Below are positions 36,301-48,842 of a stretch of DNA of 64,000 bases, in pieces. Position 1 is the stretch's first letter, and each line of letters starts with the position of its first letter. Location: positions 48,918,001-48,982,000 of the forward strand of contig CM114271.1 of assembly GCA_050084515.1 (NCBI GenBank). Reading direction: 5' to 3'. Source of the stretch: Blasia pusilla. Taxonomy: Eukaryota. The position numbers were made by a program, and so were the translations under genes. The notes under the pieces were generated by a model that was given only the letters and a program-made list of their open reading frames with translations, was not told the DNA's origin and did no database searches.

Positions 36301-37621
36301 CACTCTGCAGAGACTCCCAATCACCTCCTCGAAAGCGTCTCAGACGTGCCATAACCTCTCTATGACCGCCCTTCCCTCCCCGAGTGTAACGAAGATACCA
36401 TCGTGGAAGGAGAAGTAGTAGGTACCAAGAGAGCTCATCCATAGGATCAAGAGCGATCCTAGCTAGGGGAAGGAGGAATGCGTGGCGGAGGTCGTCCCGA
36501 GTAGCATGGGGGATCCTATGAAACAACCTCGGGCAGGGAAAACGGGTCTCGAAGAGACCTATAATGCTGCCCTGATGGGACCTCAACCACTCCCATGCCT
36601 CAGGAGGGGGCGATGATGCGGGAAGCACCGGAGAGCATCCATGGTCGACAAGAGGGACCACCCATCCAAATCTATCAAAGTCAGGATGTTTAGCCGCTAA
36701 GTGGTTCCAATTCTAACGAGTGAAGAATTCGGGACAACATGGGCATTTAGTATCCCGACTAGACGACCCACGGGTCCCCCCACACGGGAGCCGATGGTCG
36801 AGGCATGGATGCAACTCACCAAAAAGAGGACATGGCCCCCTCTAATAAAATCGTGCGACAATCCCCCGTCAATAACAATCCTATCATCCCCATTCGAACG
36901 AGCGGTCCTGGAAAACAACTCTCTTCCCGTCCACGGTAATGCTCCCTCTAACATAAACTCTCACCTACCGACATCACCTAGGACTTCTGGTCCCAACCCC
37001 CTCCCAAAAATAAACTCATGAATACGTAGAGTTGCTAAGAGTGTGAAAAGATCATGGGCCCTTCGAGATAAAATAGATGAGAAGAAAAGTGTATGTACGG
37101 GAGGGGTAACAAATACAAACGTGAATCGAACCAAAATGAGAAGCACATACGACAAATACGACAAACAAGAAAGGACTTGGGAAAGGAGGGGAAGGGTGGG
37201 TGAATAGATGACGTTACCTTGGGAAATTTCTCCAAATGACAATAAACAAAGCCCTAATATTCACATTTGGAATCCTAATATGAACCGAATTCTAAAAAAA
37301 TGAATAAAAATAAAAATACTTCACATCATGCAACAAGGTCCGAATCAAAACGAAACCCTCGTCACGATCTTCGTTTCGACATGTAGCACTTCCCTGACGT
37401 CCTCCGTCCTTCTTCCCGCCGTTCCTGTCCATGCCTCCCGCCGTTCATGCCGTCCATGCCGTTCCCGCCCAAAATCGCGTCAGAATCCGCTGCCCCCGTA
37501 ACTGCATATATCGGCGTTGTCGGTGTTCCCGAGGAAGCCCCACGCCGACTCTAGATACCGCCGCGATAATTCTCCGAATCCCAGCCCGCTCGCTATATCC
37601 GCCGATCTCTCCCCGGACATT
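33364..37621. mobile_element. Non-autonomous hAT-like element (host of the retrotransposon below)
   Basis: The left end CAGGGTCCGGGGAG and right end CTCCCCGGACATT form imperfect TIRs. They are flanked by 8-bp direct repeats CTACAGTG (33356-33363) and CTACAGCG (37622-37629). The subterminal regions are CCG/CGA-rich. Confidence 0.72.
33600..37240 (-). mobile_element. Non-LTR retrotransposon with RT and restriction-like endonuclease (CRE/SLACS/CZAR-type), frameshifted
   Basis: RT motifs: GGIRPIAIGEVLLRLVSR, FGVATPPGCE, VLQVDVDNAFNS, QAFYG, RRGDPL and LRDDTHIVG. These are followed by GVPLGSQDFV and ASWPLSFGGVGL, then the Zn-knuckle/RLE prefix CECRRSLDPLCVHLARC..ERIATHD and a terminal VSIALQR. 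Boundaries approximate. Confidence 0.82.
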
Positions 37622-39935
37622 CTACAGCGTGGCATCTACAGGCAGAGATGCTAGTTGACTTTGGCATTTATTGAGGCATCTTGCATATTTATTGAGGCTC
37701 GTCACTTTCATTCTTGTGGAGGCTAGTACCCGTTTCAGGCGCGTGATTGCGCAATGTGGATTTGGAGGACATGGACACTGGACATGATTTTGATTCTTCT
37801 GGAGTGCCGTGTCATGGCGTTGGCGGTGTAGGGTCGCAAGTCCGACAGAATCCAACTTCGCAGTATTGCGCTTGCTACAAGAGCGGACGACATTGGGTCA
37901 AAACCGGAGGAGATAGGATTCCTCGAATTTTTGAATCATGAAGATTACGTCTACGAGTAACGCCTTTGCAAAGATGTCATACGTTTGATATATGAGATCA
38001 GCCCGTACGCTTGGAACGTCATGAGCTGTTCAATGGATCATGTTGGATTTTAAGCTGCGCCCAAAGTCCTCTGCGCCAGGCTTGTATTGGGTTCCGTTTG
38101 CGCGTTTTCGTGCGGTTAATATCACCGAGTAATTAGTGTGGCCTGCAGACACTCCGTCGAGTCTGGATCTGCCAATCGTCGCCCAAAATGGTTGCCACCA
38201 TATTATCGCAGAGACGATCGAGATGTGAGATGCACATTCACTTTGTAGGAATTGATCCGTTTCTCTCACGTCCTTGAGTGCATGGGAAAGACAAGGGTCC
38301 GAGTGTACTGGAATAAACCGAAGCGCGGAACCGGTTAGTTCTCGATCGTGATCATCTGACCCAAAGATGCTAGAGAATCTTATCTTGAATGTGTCGAGAT
38401 TATCCACGCGCTTAATAATGTAGGCGTTGCAGGATAGCTTCTGTTCGTCAATATCTACTTTCCAAGTTTTGCGGGTTGATCTCAAATGTATTGTAATCTA
38501 GTTTTCGACTATTGCGGGTCTGTGAAGACGCATTCAAGTTTCCGAATATGCCATTGTTAAAGACTACTCTCCACTCATCATATTCCCGTAGAAAGCTAGA
38601 GAAATTAATTGCTGAGGTTTCTTCTGCCGTTTGTGACGTTGGACGGATGACATGCCGATTGTGACTTTGGACAGAAGTCATCTGTCCAAAGTCACAATCG
38701 GCCGTTTTGCTCTTCAAGTGCCTTTTTCTCACGCTTTCAATCCACGTAATCTAGGCGTGTATGAACGCGTATGCTCAATTCGAATTATGGTATCGTTCTG
38801 CTCCGCGGTCTACTTATGCCTCGGGGGCCGGCTAGATCTTCGATGATTATCGTTCACGTCTGCGTTAATTTGGTATAATATATTTGTTCCCAAGAAAGGC
38901 GTCCACCGATCGTAACGCGTAACATCAATTTCAACGAGTCTCGTATGCATCCCGATCCTCAGGAAGAAATTAATCCACGGATGCAATGGAAAATCATTGC
39001 CAAATGTCCATTGCGAATGGTCACAATTGTGGAGACAACATGGCCTGCTAAGCAACCACTTTAAGAAGTCATGCATTGAAATGATGATGGCGCGAAGATG
39101 CAGACTTCGATAGTCATATGCCTCTCCATCAATTGCAGAGTGAAATGTAGATTGATCTCGTACAAAGCGCACGAACTACGTAGTGGCTCTCTCTTTCCCT
39201 TCCCCACGAGATTGGCCAGTGGTGATAATTGCGAAAATGGAACTTTCACAACTTGAGTATTAGGACGCTGATTTCCCTCAGGAGCGGGAGCATGGCTTTG
39301 CGTACAGGTGCATTTTGTCCTAGTCTGTGGTTTGCTGGCACTCCATGTACACACCTCGGGCTCGCTGGCCTGTCAACGATTACTCCATGTCTTCGGGAGT
39401 TCTTACTCTGTTTTGTGTAGGGTCTGCCTTTCTTTCTTGGGAACCTGTTGGAGCTTGATCCATGGCTCCTTGTCTCACGAGATGGGGCCTCTGCACGATC
39501 TTCATTCCTCAGAACGCCCTTCTTGTGGCGGAGGCACTTGCGATGAATCCGTAATACGTTCGTCCTCGTCAAATACGAGAGATTCATACCTCTACCTCGT
39601 CGCCGATATCGATTCAACGCGCTGCTGGTCTCATGGTGCTGATTTTTCTGGGTTTGATACAAAGTTGCTCTCGTTAGGCTATCGATTCTCTTCATTCTTG
39701 AGAAATTCAGAGACTCATACGAGTCTCCAGGGGTGCAATTTCTATTGGTCCCTGTCTGGCGCGGTTTCAATTTCCCTGTCGAAGCTCAAACCGCGATGTG
39801 ATCTTTACCACATACGCGCGGAATCGTCAAAGCGGTCGATGTAAAGGTTTAGTTCAATAGCAAGTGGATCCATAAATTTCACACCGGCCTGGGCAGTAAT
39901 TTTGAGAGCTCCTGAATTGCCTTGAAATTTTGGGA

Positions 39936-41559
39936 ATGGATGCAAATGAAGATGAAATCAGGTTCAAGCCAGCTTTTCTGAAGGATCTGATTGCTAAGCT
40001 GGAAGGAGACCCCAATCTCCGTGCAGAGGATGTGCCTCTGGACGACCTCTCCCAGCTGGAGAGCGCATCCGAAGTACGGATCGCCGATTTGGCGGAGACG
40101 ATCTGTGGGATTTTGGCTCGAGCCTTCTCAACTCGGATGTTTGTGAATCTGCGAACGCTAACATTGAACGGCAGATCATGAAGAAGAAACGTGGGAATGG
40201 TGTCACGGGGTTTGCTGGAGCATTGCACTGGGTCATCTCTCCAATCTGGAATCTCTCACTCTTCGAAGGTTAGGTGTCGGAGCAGAGGCGATGATGTTCA
40301 TACTGAAAGCGGCAGAGGCAGGTTACCTGTCCAAGTTGCGGTGTTTAGATCTCCACATGCAATTCGGAAGCCGAGGAGCTGGGAGAATACCGGCTTTAGC
40401 CAAAGGCATGAAGGCCAATCAATTCAGCAGTCTGGAAATTCTTCGATTGGATTCCGGAGCGGAGTTTTTCCATATCCAGAGGGCAGACGCACGGATCTTA
40501 GGGCTTGCAATCGAAGCGGGCTGCTTGAGTAACTTGAGATGCTTGGATCTGCGAGGAATTGACATCGACGGAGGCGTAACCATCGCCGCGGGATTGCGAT
40601 CAGGGAACGTGAATTTTCTCCAAGACTTGATATTGCACGGATGTCAAATTTCAGCGGAAGGCCTGATTGCCATCGCCGGTGCATTAGATACACCCTCCAC
40701 TCCTGAATTGAAAACTCTAAGCTTAGAGTGCAAGTCTGTGAATCTGAACCATGATCTCGACACAAACACACATCAACAAGCAACAGAGACGATGGCCAAA
40801 GCACTAGCATCGAGACACGTGCGCCACCTCGAGCGGCTCATCTTGGACGGGTTCACAGGAGACGAGATGATCATGGGCGCCTTGAGTTCTGGAAGATTTA
40901 CTGTACTCCGTGAACTGCAGTTGATGCACGGCGAGATGCGGGGCACAGCGGCGATCGGGATTGCTGTGAGTAGCCTTCCATCCTTGAGAGTTCTAGCTCT
41001 TCAATTCGGGAAAGATGAAGGGGCATTGGAATCACTGGCGTCTGCCTTCGGCAATGTTGCGGACTTGGCTAGGTTGTGTTTGGCGTGGGATTATCGCGAT
41101 GACGGTGGTTTAGGCGCCGTAGCGCAGGTTCTAGAGAAACAGGTGCTAGAGTTAGAACTGCTACAACTGGAGACGACATCCTTGCAGCGCATTCGGCTGA
41201 AGGAGAAAGATGCAGACGCTATGGTGGGAGCTTTTCAACGTAACCCGTTTCTGACGGTCAAATTGGAAGTGGAGTGGCCCGAAGGCCAGCCATGGCTACA
41301 GGAGATCTACAAAGAATTCCGGGGACGGAACCAGAGGTTTGTAGTGGCCATGAGGAGGCCTTTGAAGGAAGATGGAGAGAGCGAGGTATTCCAAGGCTGT
41401 CGACTCAAAAAGTCCATCAAGGCCAACACCGACAAAGCTCTCAAAAAGCTTGGCTTTTCGTTGGCTCCGGTGGCATCTCCACATCTAGATCTCAACCATC
41501 CACCCCGCAGGACCACAAGACGAAACGGGGATCACGCAACCGATCTCACTTGCAGTTGA
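39936..41559 (+). CDS. Intronless RNI-like leucine-rich repeat protein (~540 aa once two 1-nt frameshifts at ~40176 and ~40225 are corrected)
   Basis: Repeated LxxLxxLxL units (FVNLRTLTL, LSNLESLTL, LSKLRCLDL, FSSLEILRL, LSNLRCLDL, LQDLIL, LKTLSL, LERLIL, LRELQL, LRVLAL) are spaced ~28-32 aa with helical 'ALA.AL..G' segments. The main ORF is 422 aa and uninterrupted. Confidence 0.8.
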
Positions 41560-42804
41560 CGACGATATATGTTGGGAACGAAGCCACTCTTCCGCATAGA
41601 TTGACTTCAAGTCCTTCCGAATTGCCTGACTCGACCTGAGTCCGACGACATCTTCAACTTCTGGATGCATGTGTAGTTGTGTTGTTGTGCAACAGGATTT
41701 CGTATTTACGGCCTCCCGTTTCTCTTTCCTCTTCATACAGCCACTCCACTTCAAATCTCCAGACCACACGTGTGATTACTTCTCACATCTCCACCCACGT
41801 GACTCCATTCACAATTCCCACATGTGTGATAATTCGATTCTTATAAGAAGTCATGTGATCGGTAAGAATTCGTCGCTGCCCGAATCAGTGCTCGGACAGG
41901 TTTCTTAGGCACACCGGTTTTCTCCCGAGAGAACTTTAGACGCGGTCGGAAATTTCTCCATTCTAGGCCGGCTTTTTAAATTGAACACAGAAAACCCAGT
42001 TTTCACGTCGAGGAATTTGACTAATTTTCAGATTTGAACCGGGAATCACAAGTTCTCAACCGGCTGCTTTGACAAAGAATGGCGGTTCTCAGAGGACCGT
42101 TGAATTCTGGCCCCGAATGCAAATGGAACTCCGAGGTCTCAACTGCAACCAACTTTAGAGTATCTATACCATATACCAGACTATCTATCGTACAGGTCTT
42201 CAAGTGTTTCCACCTTCTCCCAACGCCTAAGCCTTACCGTTCCGGTTCCACAGACGAATGGCGAGTCTCGCTCTGGAAAGCAGATCGAATCTGTTGTGAT
42301 CTTTCTATTGACTGATCATCAGTAGTACATTTTCCTGTTGCGCAACGACGTGAGTTGGAAGATAGAAGCAGCCAAGTAATCAACCCTCAAAACACATTTG
42401 CTGCTTCCCATTAGCCAGTTGCACATGCAGGAGCATCCCCTCTCACGCAGGCGTAAGAGAGGCCAGGCCGCACACAAACACGGGGATGCTGGCGTCACTC
42501 GCTCATACGCTTTTCGTGGCCGTCCCATTCTAAATTTGAAGACCGAAGATCTCCGCGGATCCTCACTATGCTTGCTTTTTACAAAGCTCATTGTAATACA
42601 GCTTGCGAGCATCTCTCTGAGGCCTAACAGCATGAACGGTAGCAATAATGGTTTTGGTCTCACCGCTTCAATGTAGTCCGCGGCTCAACTGTCGCTAAAG
42701 CCCGGAATGAGGGGCGCTGTCAAATTTTAATTGACAGGTGAAATTATTCAGAGGTGAGTTTCGATTGCTTCACCGTCGTTACATATGTTTATATTTATAT
42801 ATAT

Positions 42805-43000
42805 TACATGCTCGTGTTTGCACACGAAAATAAAAATTCTAATACTTTAGAAAAATTTCTCCATTTGAAAATTTAAATATAATTTCTATTTTTTAAAAAT
42901 TGAAAGGATTAAAAACCCTACTCGGAATAATTTCACCTATCAATTAAAATTTGAACAATACTTTATTTCCTTAAATAATTCCATTCCTTTGCTAATACTT
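42805..43000 (-). mobile_element. Helitron-like 3' end fragment
   Basis: The minus strand reads TCGTGT-GCAA-ACACGA-GCATG, a hairpin resembling the 8725-8742 terminus, next to a similar AT-rich body. The CTAG is not preserved. Confidence 0.4.
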
Positions 43001-43035
43001 ACTTGGCTTGTTCCTCATTGGGATTTTCACGAATA

Positions 43036-45575
43036 TGTTATAATTGGGGGCTAGAGGGGTGCGGGGCCGGGCTGGCCCTCATGGTATAATACACACACTG
43101 GTTTTGTGGCTATTTAGCTGAAGCCATGTTAGGGTTCCTGGTTCATTCCGCACGCGTGGCTTAAGGCTTGAGAGGGAGTCTTGGAGAGCTCGCGATGTAT
43201 AATGTGTGTAGATTTCAGTTAAGCAACCTGAGAGTGTTTGATCGTGGATGTAGCTTCCGCACGAGAAGTGAACCAAGTACATCTCGTATGATTCATACGG
43301 GTGATTGTCCAATTTCTTCCAACAATTGGTATATATCAAAGCGTAGGTTAGGAAATTTTGCGATGGTAGGAAATATTTCCAATGCAAAGTTTGAGGTGAA
43401 GAAATTACGGGAAGAATAATTTTGGGTTGTAGCAATTGAAGGAGAGAGACTTGCTAGTTCAACAAGGATTGCATAGGGCATTGGAGAAGAATTTTAGGGT
43501 CAAGACTACTATAGAGTGAGAGGACATCAATTTGAGAGTTGTTAGTACAATTTGTTTGCGTCTTGCAGACGAGGTTTTGTACAATGTCATGAATGAGGAC
43601 TTTGTGCCCAAGTTGTGGTCAAAGTTATAGAGCCTATGCATGACGAAGTCTTTGACATGTCGATTGTACGTATTTGAAGCAAAAGTTGTATACTCTACGT
43701 ATGAAAGAAAAATAAAATCTGATGGATCATCTAGACACTTTCAATTGAGTCATCTATGAGCTATCCAATATTGAGGTAAAGCTAGAAGATGGAGACAGAG
43801 CGTTGCTATTTTTGACATCATTGCCTAGTTCTTTTGAGCACCTAGTCACCACTCTATTATATGGTAAAGATACAATAGAGTTGGACAAGGTCACTGCAAT
43901 ATTGTTGTCTAATGAGCTTAGAAAGATGTCGAGCAATAATGAGAAAAACTCAATGGCTGTTGTTGCTCGAGGTAGGTCAACGGATAAAAGTCAAAGTAGA
44001 GGCACATATAGGTCAAAGTCTCAATCTAGGAGTAGTAATGTGAGAGATATGTCGGATCTATAGAAAGGTAGGCCATATGAAGAAAGATTGTACAAAGGGC
44101 CAAAGAAAGGACCCATCGAGGAATGTACATAGAAAGAAAACTCAGACCTCTAAACAAGTTGGCGTAGCAGAGTCAGACGGAGATGATTATGTATTGACTC
44201 TGTAGCTTCTGTTAGAAGAAATTGGATAATCACTCATATGAATCACATGAGATGTACGTGGTTCACTTCCCGTGCTGAAGCTACATCCATGATCAAACAC
44301 TCTCAAGTCACTTTACTAAAATCTACATACATTGTAGATTGCAAGCTCTCCAAAACTCCCTCTTAAGCCTAAAGTCGCGCGTAAGAAATGACCAAGGAAC
44401 CCAAACATGGCTTCGGCTAAATAGGCATGAAACTAGTGTGCATACCGTACCTGTGGGGCCAGCCGTTGCACCCCCCCAAACCTCCCACTCATGCGGTCAT
44501 AAACAACAAGCAACCTCGCCTTTTATTGATCTTCACAATGTCACTCCTGTAACTGATAGAATTCTAGACACATAGGAAACAACTTCCAAAAGAGATATGT
44601 TTTGTGATGCATGTATTATGGATTCTCGTTGCTCTTACCATAGGCATTCTTGCAAAGAGTGGTTCAATACATATCGCAACTAGATTGGAGGAACTATCTT
44701 GATGGGGAATGATATGCCATGTAGGATAGCAGGGATTGGTTCTGTTCGTATCAAGATGTTTGATGGGACTATTTGAACGTTGAATCAGATGCGACATGTC
44801 CCGGATCTACGGAAGAACTTGGTTTCTCTTGGTGCATTGAATGATAATGGTTGCAAATGAGCCGCGAAGAGTGGAGTTCTAAGAGTTTCAAAAGGAACCT
44901 TTATCTTGATGAAGGGCAAGAAGGTTGGAACCCTCTACAAGCTTGAAGGTGAAACCATTGTTGGTGGACTTGTAGTAGCATCAACACAAGAGGAGATGTA
45001 CCACATATGACACAATTTTGGCACCTATGATTGGGTCATATGAGCGAACGTGGACTGAAGGAGCTGTCAAAACGTGAGTTGCTTAAAGGAGTGAAGTCTT
45101 GTAAGTTGGATTTTTGTGAGCATTGCATATTTGGAAAACAACGTAGAGTGAGCTTCAGTATGGGTGTACACCGGACAGAGGGAGTTATAGATTATATACA
45201 TACAGATGTCTGGGGTCTTGCATCTATTGCTTCTTAGTCAAGAGCACTGTATTTTGATAACTTTGGGATGATTATCCGATCTAGAAGGTTGTGGATTTAC
45301 TTCTTTTAGTCAAAATCAAAGGTATTCTCTATCTTCACAAAACTGAAGATAATGGTAGGGAAGCAGAATGGTCAAAAGATGAAGTGCATACGATTTGACA
45401 ACGACAGAGAGTATGGGTCTAGGAAATTTGAAGAATTCTGTAAGGAAGAAGGCATCATCTTCCATTTCACCACTCCTACTACACCTCAACAAAATGGAGT
45501 CGCAGAGCGGATGAATTGAACGTTATTGGAGAGAGCACGTAGTATCTTGAGCAATGTGGGAATGAAGACGAGTAC
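43036..45575 (+). mobile_element. Ty1/Copia LTR retrotransposon, decayed and 3'-truncated (5' LTR, PBS, gag, protease, integrase)
   Basis: A TG..CA LTR at 43036-43324 is followed by a TGGTAT(AT)ATCAAAGC tRNA-iMet-type PBS. Coding motifs: gag LLFLTSLPSSFEHLVTTLLYGKD, protease IMDSRCSYH, LGHMSERGL..CEHCIFGKQ, YIHTDVWG and TPQQNGVAERMN. No RT or 3' LTR was seen. Confidence 0.93.
44210..44581 (-). mobile_element. Solo LTR of the same Copia family, inserted antisense
   Basis: 44210-~44480 is the diverged reverse complement of the 43036-43324 LTR. It has TG...CA ends and a 5-bp TSD, GCTTC (44205-44209) / ACTTC (44582-44586). Confidence 0.88.
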
Positions 45576-47239
45576 CGACTATAACAAACTATGTTAACCC
45601 CTTTTTCTGGAAGGAGTCAAACCATACGTTATTTCCCACCAAACGTGCTTTTGGTGAGAAAGCCACGTTGTAGCGAGCATCCCTAACTGGATGTTCTATG
45701 CAATGGTAGGTATCTAGAGGAAACCTTGAGATGATCCAATCATCAAAGTAATTTTTGGATGGTTTGTGTGAGTGCTTGCAAATTATGTTAGCCAAAAAGA
45801 AATCAACATAGGAGTTTGTATGAATCATGGGGCTCACTCAAGTTTCAATCGACCCTTGATAACTAGAGAGAAAACATGTAACATTTTCAGGTTTTCTAAC
45901 TGATTTATTCAATGTGTATAGCTTGCTTGGATCGAAGAACAGGGCAATGTTGGACATGATGAGGGTACTACATACTTCAAAAATGACCCCTAAAGCCGCT
46001 AAATCTCAATAATATCGCAAGCCAAAATTACATTCAGGACCTAGTCAAACCACAATACCAGATATGATGGTAGGAAGAAATTCGCAACGCTACCTTGCAC
46101 ACAAAATTCAATTGAAGAGCACATTAACAACACACCAAGCGTTGATGCTAAGAACTTGAGATCATGCAAGTTATGCACAGGTTACTAAGCATATTGTTAA
46201 GGCGCCAACAACAAGAAGGAGGCGTGATGCTCCAAGGAGCGGCAATAAGTACACACCACACCTACAATGATCTCTGAAATGAAGAAGAAAAATAAATTAG
46301 CAAAAATTCACCCATCACTTATTCTATCTATGCCCTATGTTATTTTTTCCGTGCGGTTCTTTGGAATTACCTACCTCCCGATATTTGCTATAACCAGCCT
46401 ACCCAGCTCCTATCTGTTATAAGCAGCTTTCTAGGGCTCCCCTTCCAACCTAGCCGCCTAGGGCTCAGCCTTACCCTTGGCACCCTTCAATGCAAGGCCG
46501 CGGCTAAGTATGGCCTTTGACTCCTCCCACTAAATAATTAATTCATCTTATTCATGAAATTATTTCTCTCTTCCATTTAAATTCATTTTTCATTCAAAAA
46601 ACTATAGGCTTGTTACTATTTTGTCTTATTATCTCATTTTTTTGTCTTATTGTGCATATAGGTGGCCAATAATAATATAGATGTAGCTTAGAGCTCCACC
46701 CTCATAAGTTGTATTAGATAGGGAACTACGAGGGCTTGAAATTCTCTATCTAAAGCCCACATAGATAAACACATAAAAAATACTATATATCTATACACAC
46801 TCGTCCATTCTATCGCCACAGTGGCTACTTGTCTACCATGCTTTGAGCCACAAAATGGACTCTATGGGCCCTAACCCTTCCAAGCCTTGAAAATTAGGCT
46901 CATTCTTCGATATGGATGCTTTCCACAACTTGTAGGAGCCTGAGACTCTATTGCTAATGGTCTTCGCTCGTAAGATCTGCACTTCTCCTCTTCTTAATGA
47001 TCATTGAATAGAATCTTGTCATCAATAGGACAATGATGTCTGCTCATATCTAGAAAATTTTCAACCATAGATGAGAACAAAGGATCTTTGGGTAGCTCAT
47101 TACCATCCATTTGCAGCCGAGGAGATAAATAGAGTTGGTGCTAGAGAAGATAATCCTTAAGTAAGTATGACTTTGAGGATGATCTAATAAGCAGATCGTA
47201 GAACAACCCCTTATCTTCATGAAAGGAAAATAAGTTCAA

Positions 47240-47497
47240 TGAATATGGAACTCTCAAGAACCAACCATGATTTATGATGAGAATGGATTCTTATTAGCTC
47301 AATTTAGCAAATGCCTACCCTTAAACTCAGATCCTTTTGTTTTCCCCAAACAAGTCAAACAAGTTTCTTTTGCATATGTAGAAGAGAAACCTGGATGGAA
47401 AGTTGTCATGCAAAAACATGCTACATCAAGAAAGGTGGTGGGGGAGTGTGAAGACCTATTAAAAATGATCACATTGAACTCACAGGGTTCAATGTGA
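47240..47497 (+). mobile_element. CACTA/En-Spm transposase C-terminal fragment (DUF4216-like region)
   Basis: YDENGFLLAQF...DPFVFPKQVKQVSF....PGWKVVMQK matches the typical D.xGF...PF..P.Q..QVF...W.VV TnpD tail. Confidence 0.75.
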
Positions 47498-47569
47498 ATA
47501 CCACCGTGGATATTGAAGTTATTGATGTAACATTGGTTGGGATCCTTTAGGTTCAAATTCAAATAACTA

Positions 47570-48460
47570 TCAGAGTTTTAAATAACTATAGCAAATAGGG
47601 ATGTTCACTAAAGACTCGCTCCTCACATTGGTCCAAGAATCTGTTATGATCGTGGCCCCCAAACGCAAATTTTCCAATATGCCATGCACCTTATCCTTCA
47701 TCTTCCCCATATATTTCTCAGGTAGGGTGGTGCACAACGAATTGTAACTAGGACCTGAGTAACCCTTGTTGCCAACACTGCTTGTTTGAAAGCATCTTGC
47801 CATACTACGTTGAATGGTATTCCACATTCATAGAAACACTTTGCTCACATGTCATTCACAACTTCTATTCCTTGGATGTTGAAAGAATCCCTCAAATCGG
47901 CTTTCTTCTTCTTCGAACTAGTACTCCCTCGAATGGGCCCAACAACTCCTCTATATTCCTCGAGACTGTCACTCGGTGGCATGTCCACAATCCCATCAAT
48001 ATTTTGTACAACATAAACACTATTTCCTATTTGTTGCAAACCTATTTGTAATGGAGTCGTCTCTTCCACTTCACTCGAAGGTCTTGCTTGCCTTCTTTGT
48101 CCATTTCCCACTAGTATCTTGTTTCGGAGATCCTGTTGCACGTTGGGAGGGACCTTCACACATAATTTGGCATGATGGGTATCATGCCAAAAATGATTTC
48201 CATCCTTTGTCTTTCGTCTCTCTCATGTAAAATGCTCCACTCCTATTCTATGAAAACCTATAATAGCACGCAGATGGTGGAGCATTTTACATGATAGGTT
48301 ATATGTATACATGCTATATACCTATATATACTATGATAGGTTTTCATAGAATAGGAACAATACTTGCATTGCCATCTAATTGATGTTCCACCTTCCATTT
48401 ATATTTCTTCCCAATGTTCCTTCACAATCTGTTGGAGTTCTTTGGCTTTGGTCATGACTA
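47570..48460 (-). mobile_element. hAT transposase N-terminal fragment (BED finger, DUF659-like)
   Basis: The minus strand reads HWEEI..RWQCKYC (BED-like), LRDSF, GYSGPSYNSLCTTL and GATIITDSWTNVRSESLVNI (D-x-W first catalytic Asp motif). Confidence 0.75.
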
Positions 48461-48804
48461 TAGGCACTCACTAACCCCACACAAAAATATTTGGATAATT
48501 CACAATAATTTACTATGTCAATATTAGTATATATCGATCAGTAAAATGTATGCAAATTACATCAAAGATTGTCCGTGAATGATAAAAAAATAAAACTCAG
48601 AACACTCACTATGAACAAGAAAGATCAATATGCTAACCTAGATAACCGAGATACCTTAACTTATCAGGGTTATCTAGTGGCAAAACATATTTCACTTATC
48701 AAGTTCAACTATCTATGGAGAAAAAAAAACTTCAAAGAGAGAGAATGAATGAATGAATAGATTTATTGTCCATGGGGACCCCACAGGGCCATGGGACTTA
48801 GGAG

Positions 48805-48810
<6 letters not shown>

Positions 48811-48836
<26 letters not shown>
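48811..48836. repeat. (GA)13 microsatellite
   Basis: Read directly from the sequence. Confidence 0.95.

Positions 48837-48842
<6 letters not shown>

Noticed and set aside
37700-39850. Several 100-180 aa ORFs upstream of the LRR gene
   Set aside because: They overlap on both strands with no recognisable motif or splice structure, and are probably non-coding or UTR.
41760-41830. Cluster of CACGTG/CACATG boxes
   Set aside because: These short motifs lie 3' of the LRR gene with no identified downstream gene, so a regulatory role is unsupported.
45580-47230. Possible further TE remnants after the Copia truncation (similar material at 48950-50500)
   Set aside because: Too decayed to assign a family from motifs.
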